Assembly: GCA_963728205.1 (NCBI GenBank)
Contig: CAVSIV010000006.1
Location: forward strand, 224,001 to 288,000
Length of the DNA stretch: 64,000 nucleotides
Direction of reading: 5' to 3'
From: an uncultured Chloroflexia bacterium
GTDB taxonomy: Bacteria; Chloroflexota; Dehalococcoidia; UBA2979
This document shows positions 8,073 through 17,991 of the stretch, in pieces. Positions within the stretch are counted from its first letter, which is position 1. Every line of letters begins with the position of its first letter. The notes below the pieces were generated by a model. It saw only the letters and a program-made list of their open reading frames with translations, did no database searches and was not told where the DNA came from. Made by a program: the position numbers and the translations under genes.

Positions 8073-9260
8073 CTAGCCACGGGGCAGGCCGAGGCCGCGC
8101 GTCGCGATCACGTTGCGCTGGATCTCGCTCGAGCCCTGGGCGATCGTGTCCGGGACCGCCGCGATGTACCCGGGCCCCCACTGCCCGTCGCCTCCGCGCC
8201 GGTCCTGCGGCGACGCGCCCTCCTCGGGCGCCGCGAGCAGCCCGTGGAGCCCCTGGAAGTTCACCCCGAGGTTGTGCAGCGCCTGGCTCGTCTCGCTGGC
8301 GAGCAGCTTCGTGATCGACACCTCGTAGTTCGGCACGCCGCCCGACGCCTGCATCGACACCACTCGATACGCGAGGTTCGCGGACACCTCCACGGTCGCG
8401 GCGAGCCCGGCGAGCCGATCGCGCGCGGCGGCGCGCGAACGACCCACGCCCTCGGCGCGGACGTCGCGCATCGCATCGAGGCAGCGGTCGAGCAGCCGCC
8501 GCAGGCTCGCGATGCGCGCGATGCCCGAGCGCTCGAAGTCCATCGTTGCGGCGTTCACGTACCAGCCGCGGTTCTCGTCCCCGACGATGTTGCGGGCCGG
8601 CACCCGCACCTCGTCGAGGAAGACCTCGTTGAAGTGATGGCGGTCCTGCATGTCGATCAGCGGCCGCACGGTCACGCCCGGCGCGTCGAGCGGGACGACC
8701 AGCATGGAGATGCCGCGGTGCTTGGGGGCGTCGCGGTCGGTCCGCACGACGGTCCAGAGGTAGTCGGAGTAGTGCGCGCCGCTCGTGAACCGCTTCGCGC
8801 CCGTCACGACGAAGTCGTCGCCGTCGCGCACGGCGCGCGTCTCGACGTTCGCGAGGTCCGATCCCGCGTGGGCCTCGGAGAGCCCCATCGCGAACGAGAT
8901 CTCGGCCGCCGCGATCTTCGGGAGGTAGTCGAGCTTCTGCTCGTCGGTGCCGAACAGGATGATCGAGGGGCCGACCTGCTGCACCGCGCGCCGGTGGTGC
9001 TCCTGGGGCGCGCCAGCGTAGGCCATCTCCTCCATGTAGATCATCTGCTCGAAGTAGCCGAGGCCCTGGCCGCCGTACTCCGCCGGCCATGCGACGGCGA
9101 GCCAGCCGCGCTCGGCCGCGGCGCGCGAGAACTCCGGCGACCACCCGGGCCGGCCGCGCTCGCGCTGCGCGCGCCAGAACTCGGGGGTAAGCGTGTCGGA
9201 CAGGAAACGGCGCACCTCCGCGCGGAAGGCGTCCTGCTCGGGCGAGAAGCGGAAGTCCAT
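8073..9260 (-). CDS. Acyl-CoA dehydrogenase
   Basis: MDFRFSPEQ start; MGLSEAHAGSDLA; FNEVFLD; TIAQGSSEIQRNVIA. Confidence 0.93.
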   Translation of the reverse strand: MDFRFSPEQDAFRAEVRRFLSDTLTPEFWRAQRERGRPGWSPEFSRAAAERGWLAVAWPAEYGGQGLGYFEQMIYMEEMAYAGAPQEHHRRAVQQVGPSIILFGTDEQKLDYLPKIAAAEISFAMGLSEAHAGSDLANVETRAVRDGDDFVVTGAKRFTSGAHYSDYLWTVVRTDRDAPKHRGISMLVVPLDAPGVTVRPLIDMQDRHHFNEVFLDEVRVPARNIVGDENRGWYVNAATMDFERSGIARIASLRRLLDRCLDAMRDVRAEGVGRSRAAARDRLAGLAATVEVSANLAYRVVSMQASGGVPNYEVSITKLLASETSQALHNLGVNFQGLHGLLAAPEEGASPQDRRGGDGQWGPGYIAAVPDTIAQGSSEIQRNVIATRGLGLPRG

Positions 9261-9294
9261 CGCGGCCCCTTCGCGGGTGGGCGTGGTCGGCAGT

Positions 9295-10074
9295 CTAGCG
9301 CCGCCCCCGTCCTTTCCGCCTGCGCCGGGGAGGGGCGCGGTCGGGAGTCGAGCGCACCGCGCGCAGCGCGTAGCGGCCGCGGTTGCCGGGGAGGCCGCCC
9401 TCGGCGCGGTCGAGCGGCGCGAGGTCGAGCGCGGCGACATGAACGAAGCCCGCGCGGGCGACGCGCGCGGCGATCGCGGCGACGTCCGTGGCCCGCAGCA
9501 GCGGCAGCGCCGCCAGGACGTCGTCCGTGTAGAAGGGGTCGGACTCGGCGGCGGGGGCCGCGGACGCGCCGGTCTCGCCGGTCTCGGCGGCGCGCTCCGC
9601 CGCCGCGTGCGCCCACAGCCCGTCGACGACGAGCAGCCGGCCGCCCGGCCGCAGCAGGTCGTGCCAGCGCGCGAGCGTCGCGTCGGGCTCGCGCAGCGTC
9701 CAGAGCACGTGGCGGCTCACGATCGCGTCGAAGGCGGCGTCGGGGAAGGGCGGGTCGACGGCGTCGCCCTCGACGTACGCCGGCGGGATCGCGACCTCGC
9801 GCGGCGGCGGCGCGATGCGCGCGACCTCGAGCATGCGCCGCGAGAGGTCGATGCCGGTGACGCGATGGCCCAGCTCGGCGGCGCGGCGCGCGAGGAAGCC
9901 GGTGCCGGTGCCGGCGTCGAGCACGTCGGCGGGGGCCGGCGGCAGGGCCGCGCGGAGCAGGTCGTGCCAGGCGCGGCGCTCGGCGTCGGAGCGGACCTCA
10001 TGGCCGGGCTGGTCGTCGTAGCCGTTCGCCGCTGCATCCCACGCGGCGGTGATCCGGGCCTGCACGCCGCTCAC
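9295..10074 (-). CDS. Class I SAM-dependent methyltransferase
   Basis: VLDAGTGTG motif I, FDAIVSRHVLW, LRPGGRL; GTG start overlapping the NUDIX stop (GTGA). Confidence 0.88.
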   Translation of the reverse strand: MSGVQARITAAWDAAANGYDDQPGHEVRSDAERRAWHDLLRAALPPAPADVLDAGTGTGFLARRAAELGHRVTGIDLSRRMLEVARIAPPPREVAIPPAYVEGDAVDPPFPDAAFDAIVSRHVLWTLREPDATLARWHDLLRPGGRLLVVDGLWAHAAAERAAETGETGASAAPAAESDPFYTDDVLAALPLLRATDVAAIAARVARAGFVHVAALDLAPLDRAEGGLPGNRGRYALRAVRSTPDRAPPRRRRKGRGRR

Positions 10075-10529
10075 GCGTGCGGCTCCCCGTCCTCCATGTA
10101 GAGCGTCGCGCCCGTGCGGGCCGCCTCGAGGCAGCGCAGCACGCGCCGCGCGAGGTTGCGGGGCAGCAGCGCCGCCAGCTCGCCGGGGGCGGCGAAGCGG
10201 TACGCGCTCAGCTCGCCCGGCTCGAGGCGAATCGCCGCGATCGCCGTCGCGTCGAGCGCGCCGCCGTCGAAGAGGAAGTGCAGCCCCTCGCCGAAGCGCT
10301 CGTTGACGCGATAGTCGAGCCCGAGCAGACGGCCCACCGGCAGGTCGAGCCCGAGCTCCTCGCGCACCTCCCGCACGCACGCGCTGCGCGGCGACTCGCC
10401 GTCCTCGACGAGCCCGCCGGGCACCTCCCATCGCGGCTTGTAGGTGGGGTTCACGAGAAGCACGCGCTCGTCGGCGACGAACAGCGCGGCGGCGCTCATG
10501 TACTTGGTCGCGGGATGGAAGTCAGTCAT
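10071..10529 (-). CDS. NUDIX hydrolase
   Basis: Nudix box PGGLVEDGESPRSACVREVREELG. Confidence 0.93.
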   Translation of the reverse strand: MTDFHPATKYMSAAALFVADERVLLVNPTYKPRWEVPGGLVEDGESPRSACVREVREELGLDLPVGRLLGLDYRVNERFGEGLHFLFDGGALDATAIAAIRLEPGELSAYRFAAPGELAALLPRNLARRVLRCLEAARTGATLYMEDGEPHA

Positions 10530-10688
10530 GCGGGGAGCGTAGCGCGGGCGAGGAGGGCCACGCGTCAGCGGGCTGAGCGAGCCCCGCGCACCCCGTGGCC
10601 CGTCGGCGAACGGCCCCGGCCCTGGTGCCTCCGGTGCGGCCGCGGTGCGCGCGGAGCAGAGCCACGGAAACCGCGTGACCGGCGCGCG

Positions 10689-11990
10689 TTACGCGCGGCG
10701 TTCGCCGATCACGCCGGCGGCGCGCAGCGAGTCCAGGTCCGCCTCCGTCAGTCCGTGCTCGAGCAGCACCTCGTCGGTGTGCGCGGCGAGCGGGGGCGAC
10801 GCGCGCCGCGCGCGCGTGGGCGTGCCGGACATGCGCACGATCGGCCCGACGACGCGCTGCGGACCGGTCACCTCGTGCTCGAGGTCGACCATGATCTCCA
10901 TCGCCTCGACCTGCGGGTCCTCGGACATCTCCTCGGGGAAGTGCACGGGCGCGACCGGCACGCCCTCGGCTTCGAACAGCGCGACCCACTCGGCGACGGT
11001 CTTCGTGCGCATCTGGTCCTGGATGCGCTGGCGCCAGACGCGGGCGAGCTCATGGTTCGCAGGGTCGGTCGAGTCGAAGTCGGGGCTGTCGGTGAGGTCG
11101 AGACCCTCCATGCCCAGCACCCGCCGCGCGGCGGCGCGCGTGGGCTTCGTGAGGCAGCCGAGCACGAGCGTGCCGTCGGACGCCGTGTAGCCGGTGTAGT
11201 AGAGCCGCGGGATGCCGGCGCCGACCCAGCGGTACTCGTGCCGCGCGTGCAGCAGCTCCCCGTACGGCACGCCGGCGTCGCGCAGGCGGCGGATGCCGGC
11301 GATCATCGGGTCGCGCAGCGTCGCGTCGGTCACGCCCTGGCGCATCACGTAGACGTCCTGGATCGAGAGCGCCGACTGCAATAGCGAGCCGTCGATCACC
11401 TGGCCGGCGCCGGTCTCGCGCCGGTGGTAGAGCGCCGCGCAGATCGCCATCGCGCAGGCGAGCCCCGTGGTGTAGTCCGAGACGGCCGGCGTGAGCTGCA
11501 CGGGCGAGCCATCCTCGTCGATCTTCCCGTCGCCGGCGACAAGCCCGGAGTACGCGCCGGCCACGAGGTCCGTCGCGCCGTGGCCGGCGAGCGGGCCCTG
11601 CGTGCCGAAGCCGGTGATGCGGCAGTAGATGAGGCCGGGGTGCAGCGCGTGCAGCGTCGCGTCGTCCACGCCGAGCCGCTCCGCCACGCCGGGCCGGTAG
11701 TTGATGAGGACGACGTCGAACGACGGCACGATGCGATGGATGAGCGCCCGCCCGCGCTCGTGCTGGAGGTCGACGCCGAGGCTGCGCTTCCCCCGGTTGA
11801 GCGACTGGAAGCGCTTGCCCTCGCCCGGCACCACGGCGCCCGACGAGCGGTAGGCCTCGCCCTCGAGCGGCTCGACCTTCACGACGTCGGCGCCGAGGTC
11901 CGAGAGGTTCACGCCGACGTAGGGCGCGGCGACGATCTGCGAGAACTCGAGGACCTTGATGCCGGCCAGCGGTCCCTCGGCGTTCGCCAC
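10689..11990 (-). CDS. Family III CoA-transferase (CaiB/BaiF)
   Basis: LGADVVKVEP, NRGKRSL, NYRPG, catalytic VSDYTTG. Confidence 0.93.
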   Translation of the reverse strand: MANAEGPLAGIKVLEFSQIVAAPYVGVNLSDLGADVVKVEPLEGEAYRSSGAVVPGEGKRFQSLNRGKRSLGVDLQHERGRALIHRIVPSFDVVLINYRPGVAERLGVDDATLHALHPGLIYCRITGFGTQGPLAGHGATDLVAGAYSGLVAGDGKIDEDGSPVQLTPAVSDYTTGLACAMAICAALYHRRETGAGQVIDGSLLQSALSIQDVYVMRQGVTDATLRDPMIAGIRRLRDAGVPYGELLHARHEYRWVGAGIPRLYYTGYTASDGTLVLGCLTKPTRAAARRVLGMEGLDLTDSPDFDSTDPANHELARVWRQRIQDQMRTKTVAEWVALFEAEGVPVAPVHFPEEMSEDPQVEAMEIMVDLEHEVTGPQRVVGPIVRMSGTPTRARRASPPLAAHTDEVLLEHGLTEADLDSLRAAGVIGERRA

Positions 11991-12094
11991 GTGCTGCTCC
12001 CCGTCCCATGCCTGCGGTCGCGAGCCGCAGCCTAACGGACGGGGGGCGGCGACGGGAGAGCGGCGGCGGCACGAGGCGCGTCAGCGGCGCGCCG

Positions 12095-12616
12095 TCATGC
12101 GCGCTGTTCGCCGGGCGGCGGCACCGCGCACTCGAGGGTGGCGCGGAGGAGGTCGCGCGTCGTGACGATGCCCACGATGCGGTCCTCGGCATCGACGACC
12201 GGCAGGCAGGAGATGCCGTGCTCGAGCAGGATCGCGGCGGCCTCCTGGACGAGCGCGCCGGCGGGCACGGTGATCAGCCGGTAGGTCGCGGCCTGGAAGA
12301 CCTTGCGGTGCAGGGTGGCCTCGTCGCGACGCTGCGCGGCGTTCGTGTCCGCGTACGGGCTGATGGCGCGGAGCACGTCGCGGTCGGAGACGAGGGCGAT
12401 GACCGAGCCGGCGTCCTCGACGAACAGGTGATGGATGCCGAAGTGCTGAAACTGGTTGCGCGCTTCCCAGAGCTCGGCGTCGGCGGCGATGGTGTGGAGG
12501 TCGTGCGACATGATCTCGCCGACGGTCTGGCCGCCGAGGATGTCGTGCGAGCCGACGGGGATCGGGTGGCGGGGCGCGATCTGGCGGGGACGCGGGCGGA
12601 TCGGTTCGACGGCCAT
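12095..12616 (-). CDS. CBS-domain pair protein
   Basis: VGEIMS..IHHLFV..VSDRD and ISCLPVVD..GIVTTRDLL. Confidence 0.9.
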   Translation of the reverse strand: MAVEPIRPRPRQIAPRHPIPVGSHDILGGQTVGEIMSHDLHTIAADAELWEARNQFQHFGIHHLFVEDAGSVIALVSDRDVLRAISPYADTNAAQRRDEATLHRKVFQAATYRLITVPAGALVQEAAAILLEHGISCLPVVDAEDRIVGIVTTRDLLRATLECAVPPPGEQRA

Positions 12617-12695
12617 GGCGGGGCTCCCCTCGTGGTCCTCCCCCCAAGAGCATCGACGCGACACTCCGTGTGGCGCAGCGTCCAACGGTGAGGCA

Positions 12696-12723
12696 GCTTC
12701 GAGCGGCGCCTGGTCAAGGCGCC
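12696..12723 (+). repeat. Dispersed REP-like unit (family A)
   Basis: GCTTCGAGCGGCGCCTGGTCAAGGCGCC, intergenic, matches the copies flanking the transposase. Confidence 0.85.
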
Positions 12724-12793
12724 GGTCGGTGCGTCCGACGAAACCAGCCGGTCCGCGGGGTAGCGATCCGGCGTGCCGGCAGCGGCCGCCGAG

Positions 12794-13435
12794 TCAGGCC
12801 TCGCCGCCGCGGCGCGAGGCGAGCGCGCGGGCGGCGCCGGCGAGCGCGCGGAGGCGCGCCGCGAAGCCGCCCACGGCGACCGCGCGGCCGGGCGGCGGCA
12901 CGAAGACGTGCTCGCGGTACCAGCGCAGCTCGCGCACGCTCTCCCGCACGTCATCAATCGCGCGGTGCGCCTCGCGCTTGGGGGGCGGCTGGTAGCGCTC
13001 GGAGTACCAGCGTCGGACCAGCTCCTTTAGGGTGCTGACGTCGATCTGCCGATAGTGGAAGAAGGCGTCGAGCGCCGGCATCTCGCGGCGCAGGAAGCGG
13101 CGGTCCTGGGCGATCGAGTTCCCGCAGAGCGGCGAGACGCCGCGCGGGATCCACTGCTCGAGGAACGCCAGCGTCTGCCGCTCGGCCTCGCCGACGTCCA
13201 GCTGCGACGCGCGGATCCGCTCGACGAGGCCCGACCCGGTGTGGGTGCGCACGTTCCAGTCGTTCATGTGCGAGAGCTCCTCCTCGGTGCGGTGCACCGC
13301 GAGGACGGGGCCCTCGGCGAGGACGTTGAGGTCGCGATCGGTGACGAGGGTCGCGATCTCGATGATCACGTGCTGATTGGGCTCGAGCCCGGTCATCTCG
13401 AGATCGATCCAGCCGAGGTGAGTCTGGTCGCGCAC
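12794..13435 (-). CDS. orn: Oligoribonuclease
   Basis: [53 protein letters not shown]. Confidence 0.95.
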   Translation of the reverse strand: MRDQTHLGWIDLEMTGLEPNQHVIIEIATLVTDRDLNVLAEGPVLAVHRTEEELSHMNDWNVRTHTGSGLVERIRASQLDVGEAERQTLAFLEQWIPRGVSPLCGNSIAQDRRFLRREMPALDAFFHYRQIDVSTLKELVRRWYSERYQPPPKREAHRAIDDVRESVRELRWYREHVFVPPPGRAVAVGGFAARLRALAGAARALASRRGGEA

Positions 13436-13516
13436 GGGTGGAGCCTACGACGACGGTGTGCGAGCGTCATGCGCTCGCACGGGCGGCGGTCAGGAGCGAA
13501 CCTCATGGTACGGTAC

Positions 13517-14053
13517 ATGCATGCATCGGCCGCCTCGCCGTCGGCTCACCGCTTGACCCGCTTGCTTCGCCGCCCCGCCCTCTGGCTGGCACTCGCGTTG
13601 CTCGTTGCGCTGCCGACGGCGTGTGGCCGACTGGGGAAGGACCATCGCGTGGCGAAGGCAGGCGACACCGTCGCGGTGAACTACACGGGCACCCTGGACG
13701 ACGGGACGGTCTTCGACTCGTCCGTCGGCCGCGAGCCACTCACGTTCACGGTCGGCAAGGGCGACGTGATCTCCGGGTTTGACCAGGCGGTCGTCGGGAT
13801 GGCCGTCGGCGACAAGAAGACCGTGCACCTGACGCCCGACCAGGCGTATGGGGAGCACCGGGACGACCTGGTGATCACGGTGCCGAAGGACAAGGCGCCG
13901 GAGGGCCTGCAGGAGGGCGACCGGGTGCAGCTCGGCAACGGCGCGCCGGCCACGGTGGTCACGGTCACGGCGGACTCGGTGACGGTGGACGCGAACAGCC
14001 CGCTCGCCGGCAAGGCGCTCAACTTCGAGATCGAGCTCGTCAGCATCAACTAG
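13517..14053 (+). CDS. FKBP-type (SlyD-like) peptidyl-prolyl isomerase, predicted lipoprotein
   Basis: VNYTGTLDDGTVFDSS, AYGEH, DANSPLAGKALNFEIEL; hydrophobic leader ending PTAC. Confidence 0.9.
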   Translation: MHASAASPSAHRLTRLLRRPALWLALALLVALPTACGRLGKDHRVAKAGDTVAVNYTGTLDDGTVFDSSVGREPLTFTVGKGDVISGFDQAVVGMAVGDKKTVHLTPDQAYGEHRDDLVITVPKDKAPEGLQEGDRVQLGNGAPATVVTVTADSVTVDANSPLAGKALNFEIELVSIN

Positions 14054-14149
14054 CTCACGGCAACGGCAGCGCGACCGCCTCGGCGGCGGCGACGCAACGC
14101 GTCGGGGGCGGCGCGACGGACCTACGCCCCGTGCTCGTCGCTGCCGTTG

Positions 14150-14392
14150 TTAGACCGGCAGCGACTCGTCCGTCACGCCGAACGAGCGGTAGACGGCGCG
14201 CACGGCGTCCTTCAGCTCGTCGACGTTCTTGTAGCGGCGATCGGGGAGCAGCGACAGCACGCGGCCGACCTCGCGGTCGATTCCGCCCTTGTCGCGCCCG
14301 GCGTTCAGGATCGCCGCCTTGGACGTGGGGTAGTGGAAGCCCTTGAACGCGGCCTCGTAGTCCTGCTTGCTGGCGTGCGGCGTCATCGGCAT
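14150..14392 (-). CDS. Small protein, DUF2795-like
   Basis: GFHYPTSKAAIL..LPDRRYKNVDEL pattern; coding-like codon use. Confidence 0.75.
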   Translation of the reverse strand: MPMTPHASKQDYEAAFKGFHYPTSKAAILNAGRDKGGIDREVGRVLSLLPDRRYKNVDELKDAVRAVYRSFGVTDESLPV

Positions 14393-14486
14393 CGCGGGCG
14401 CGCCCTCCCTCTGCGCCGGGATGGTAGCGGCATGGCACGTTATGCGCGCAAGCGGCCCGCGGGCTCGCCCGTGCGCGCGGCGGCGC

Positions 14487-14702
14487 TCAGCGCGCGGTCA
14501 CCCGTGCCTCCGCGTCCGCCGCCCGCTCGGCGCGCACGATCTGGTAGCGCACGAACGCCTCGTCGATGTGCTGGACCGACTTCGACCGCCACAACGCCAG
14601 GGCGTCGTCGTAGTCGTCGAACGGGCCCTCGGGCGGGTCCGCGCGGACGACCTCGCGGAAGGTCGTGTCGCGGTACCGGCCGCCGACCACGAAGTACGAC
14701 AC
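14487..14702 (-). CDS. Small protein, DUF4170-like
   Basis: YFVVGGRYRDTTF..GPFDDYDDA...WR..RYQI; SD GGAGGAGG. Confidence 0.75.
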   Translation of the reverse strand: MSYFVVGGRYRDTTFREVVRADPPEGPFDDYDDALALWRSKSVQHIDEAFVRYQIVRAERAADAEARVTAR

Positions 14703-14745
14703 GGGCGCCTCCTCCGCGGGAGATCGTACCGCGCGGCCGCAGGCG

Positions 14746-14997
14746 TCAGGCGGGCGCAGTGCCCGGCGAGCTCGCGTCGGCGGCGTGGCGTGCCGGCGTG
14801 GGCATCACCCAGTAGGCGTGGGCGGCGGTCGTGCGATCGGCGAGCCCGTGCTCGACCAGCAGCGCCCGCGCGCCGACGAGGCCGGCGTCGAGCGTGTCGG
14901 CGACAAGCTCCCACCGGCCATCGCCCAGCGGCGGGTCGTTCGCCCGCAGCGTCGCGATCTCGTTCGTCTCGCGTCGGAAGTAGAGTCCCGGCTGCAT
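14746..14997 (-). CDS. Hypothetical protein
   Basis: ATG with GAGG upstream; normal composition; co-oriented with neighbours. Confidence 0.6.
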   Translation of the reverse strand: MQPGLYFRRETNEIATLRANDPPLGDGRWELVADTLDAGLVGARALLVEHGLADRTTAAHAYWVMPTPARHAADASSPGTAPA

Positions 14998-15240
14998 CGC
15001 CTCTGCACCCTTCGTCCCGTGGGAGCGGGCGGCGGAGCGGGGCCGCCTTCATCATGCGCGTCGTGCCGGCGCGAGTTGTCAGCGGACGTACCGGAAGCTG
15101 TGATCGGTGTGTGAAGCGGGGCGACCGCGACCGCCGGGCGAGGTACCATAACGGTGCTTGCCCCGGCCGCGCCGCGCGTGGTACTCCGGGGCGACGCTCC
15201 GAGGCCCGGCGAGGCCGCACCCACTGGCAAGGACGGACCG

Positions 15241-15870
15241 ATGCCGCTCTACGAGTACTACTGCCGCGACTGCAACGGCGTGTTCGAACTGCTGCGACCG
15301 GCGCGCGAGGCGTCGAAGACGCAGCCCTGCCCCGATTGCGACGAGGATTCCGAGCGGATCATGTCCCGCGAGTGGGCGGCGTTCGTCTTCCGCGACGGCT
15401 ACCCGCGTCGCATTCCGGACGACGGCACGTTCTGGCACCTCGGCAAGAAGGTGTCGCAGCCGATCACCGGCCCGAGCGACGGCTACACGCACCCCGAGCT
15501 GAAGAAGCCCGACGAGATCCCGGAGCCGACCGTCGAGGACGTGGAGCGCTTCGAGGTGCTCGCCGACGTGAAGCGCGAGCGCGACCTGGAGACGGGCGGC
15601 GCGATCCACGACCAGTCGTTCGAGCAGGCGGAGGAGGGCATGAAGAAGATCCTCCGCCAGAGGGGCGGGCGACGCGTCGAGCAGGAGAAGCAGCGCGTCA
15701 TCAGCAAGCTCGTCACCGAGGATGCGCGCGCGCAGCGCATCGTCGCTCAGGAGCAGCGCGCGGCCGTCGCCGCGAGCAAGAAGCGCCGTCGCGCGGACGG
15801 CGACTTCGTGCCGAAGAGCAGCCCCGCGGACGACCAGCCGATGGACTTCCCGCCGCCGATCACGCGCTGA
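15241..15870 (+). CDS. FmdB-family zinc-ribbon protein with long C-terminal extension
   Basis: MPLYEYYCRDC..FE..CPDC..RIMS. Confidence 0.85.
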   Translation: MPLYEYYCRDCNGVFELLRPAREASKTQPCPDCDEDSERIMSREWAAFVFRDGYPRRIPDDGTFWHLGKKVSQPITGPSDGYTHPELKKPDEIPEPTVEDVERFEVLADVKRERDLETGGAIHDQSFEQAEEGMKKILRQRGGRRVEQEKQRVISKLVTEDARAQRIVAQEQRAAVAASKKRRRADGDFVPKSSPADDQPMDFPPPITR

Positions 15871-15972
15871 CCGGCCGGCCGGTCGCGCAGCACACACAGC
15901 GCGCCCGCCTCACGGCGGGCGCGCTGCGTTCGCGCGGGGGGACGCGCGAGGCTGCGTGGCGCGCAGCGCCGC

Positions 15973-16908
15973 CTAGTGGCGGCCGGACCCGCGCATGCGT
16001 GGGTCGAGGATGTCGCGCAGCGCGTCGCCGAACATGTTGAAGCCGAACACCGCGAAGAAGATCGCGAGCCCGGGGTAGATCGCGAGCCCCGGCTGCCGCC
16101 GGAAGAAGTCGCGCCCGTCCACCGAGAGCATCTGCCCCCACGACGGCTGCCCCGCGGGGCCGAGGCCGAGGAACGAGAGACTCGCCTCGGCGAGGATCGT
16201 GGCCGGCAGCGCGATCGTGGACGTCACCACGATCAGCGGGACGATGTTCGGGAAGACGTGCCGCCACATCACGCGCATCGGCCCGGCACCGGCGGCCTCG
16301 GCCGACTCGACGAACGGGCGGTGGCGCAGCTCGACCACGGCCGAGCGGTAGATGCGCGTCACCGGCGCGATGCGCAGCAGGCCGAGCGAGAACAGCATCG
16401 CCATCACCATGTTGGTGTCGGTGCGGCGGACGATGCCGAGGATCGTGATCAGCACGACGAGGCCGGGCATCGCGATCATGGCGTCGATGATGCGGCTCAG
16501 CACGAGGTCGACCCAGCCGCCGGTGTAGGCGCTGAGCAGCGCGAGCGTGGTGGCGGCGGCGCCGCTGAAGAGCACCGCGCCGAAGCCCACCGTCATCGAG
16601 ACGCGCGCCCCCCAGATCAGCCGCGAAAGGATGTCGTGCCCGACGTTGTCGGTGCCGAGGCGATACTGCGCGCTCGGTCCCTGCAACGCGTGCTTGAGGT
16701 CGATGTGGTTCGGCGAGTACGGCGCGATGACGGGCGCGAAGATCGCGAGCGCGATGAAGAGGACGACGAGCACGGCGCCGATGAAGCCGAGCGGCTTGCG
16801 CCGCGCGAACTTCAGGACGGATCGCGTCGCGCGGCCGGCGCCGGTGCCCGCGATGCGCGTTCCGAACCCGACGCCGGGGCCCGCAACCGTGTTCGTCTCG
16901 GTGGCCAT
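15973..16908 (-). CDS. Peptide/nickel ABC transporter permease (DppC/OppC-like)
   Basis: LGTDNVGHDILSRLIWGAR; FVESAEAAGA; EASLSFLGLG..PSWG. Confidence 0.93.
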   Translation of the reverse strand: MATETNTVAGPGVGFGTRIAGTGAGRATRSVLKFARRKPLGFIGAVLVVLFIALAIFAPVIAPYSPNHIDLKHALQGPSAQYRLGTDNVGHDILSRLIWGARVSMTVGFGAVLFSGAAATTLALLSAYTGGWVDLVLSRIIDAMIAMPGLVVLITILGIVRRTDTNMVMAMLFSLGLLRIAPVTRIYRSAVVELRHRPFVESAEAAGAGPMRVMWRHVFPNIVPLIVVTSTIALPATILAEASLSFLGLGPAGQPSWGQMLSVDGRDFFRRQPGLAIYPGLAIFFAVFGFNMFGDALRDILDPRMRGSGRH

Positions 16909-16919
16909 CGTGGGTGCTC

Positions 16920-17882
16920 CTACTGGTACCGGATGCGGGGGTCGATGAAGCCGTAGGAGACGTCGACCAACAGGTTCGAGGCGACGATGAGCACGGCGAA
17001 CACGACGTTGATCCCCTGCACTACGGGGTAGTCGAGGTTCATGATCGACGAGTAGATGTAGAGGCCCATGCCGGGCAGCCCGAAGATGATCTCGAACAGC
17101 ACCGTGCCCGCGATCAGGTTCGGCAGCTCGAGGCCGATGATGGTCACGATCGGGATGAGCGAGTTGCGCAGCGCGTGGCGCAGCAGCACCGTTCGCTCCC
17201 CCAGGCCCTTGGCGCGCGCCGTGCGGACGTAGTCCTGGCGCAGCACCTCGAGCATCTGCGACCGCATGATTCGCAGCAGCCCGCCCGACGGCGTGAGGCC
17301 GATCAGCAGGCCGGGCAACAGCATGATCTTGATGTGCTGCATCGGGTCCGCGAAGAAGTACGTGTAGTGGATCGGCGGCGCCCAGCGGAACCAGATCGAC
17401 CCGAACGTGATGATCATGATCGCGACCCAGAAGTTGGGCACGGACGTCGAGCCGACCGCGTACGTCCGCAGCAGGTAATCGGGCCAGCGGTCCTGCATCA
17501 ACGCCGAGATGATGCCCATGGGGATCGCGAGGAAGATCGCCGCGAGCAGGCCGATGATCCCCAGCTCCAGCGAGACCGGCAGGCGGTCGCCCATCTCCCG
17601 CAGGATCGAGCGGCCGTTGAAGAGCGACTCGCCGAGGTCGCCGTGGAGGAGATCGCCCACCCACGACACGTACTGGTGCGCGACGTTCTGCGTCAGCCCG
17701 TACTGGGCGCGCAGCTGGTCCATCAGCGCGGGGTCGCTGCGCCCGTATTCGCCGGCGATGACGTCGACGACGTCGCCGTAAACGGCGGGGACCACGACGC
17801 GAAGCCCGACGAAGACGAGCAACGTGACGAGCCACACGGTCATGAGGCCCATGAGCGACCGACGAACGATATAAGCAGCCAC
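16920..17882 (-). CDS. Peptide/nickel ABC transporter permease (DppB/OppB-like)
   Basis: GDLGES; DYVRTARAKGL..HALRN; DPRIRY. Confidence 0.95.
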   Translation of the reverse strand: MAAYIVRRSLMGLMTVWLVTLLVFVGLRVVVPAVYGDVVDVIAGEYGRSDPALMDQLRAQYGLTQNVAHQYVSWVGDLLHGDLGESLFNGRSILREMGDRLPVSLELGIIGLLAAIFLAIPMGIISALMQDRWPDYLLRTYAVGSTSVPNFWVAIMIITFGSIWFRWAPPIHYTYFFADPMQHIKIMLLPGLLIGLTPSGGLLRIMRSQMLEVLRQDYVRTARAKGLGERTVLLRHALRNSLIPIVTIIGLELPNLIAGTVLFEIIFGLPGMGLYIYSSIMNLDYPVVQGINVVFAVLIVASNLLVDVSYGFIDPRIRYQ

Positions 17883-17991
17883 GGCCGCGTCCCCCCGCGT
17901 CCTTCGTCCTGGTCAGTGGTCGGCGGTCACCCGTGGCGTCGGAGAGCGGAGGACGCCACGGGGACCGCGCCGAGCCGGCGGCTGCCGGCGG

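Noticed and set aside
6639-9860. Long antisense or alternate-frame ORFs (also 3121-6084, 31857-34574, 37496-41638, 41738-44761, 47895-50960)
   Set aside because: Shadow ORFs of high-GC genes; Arg/Ala/Pro-rich, no motifs, overlapping well-supported CDS
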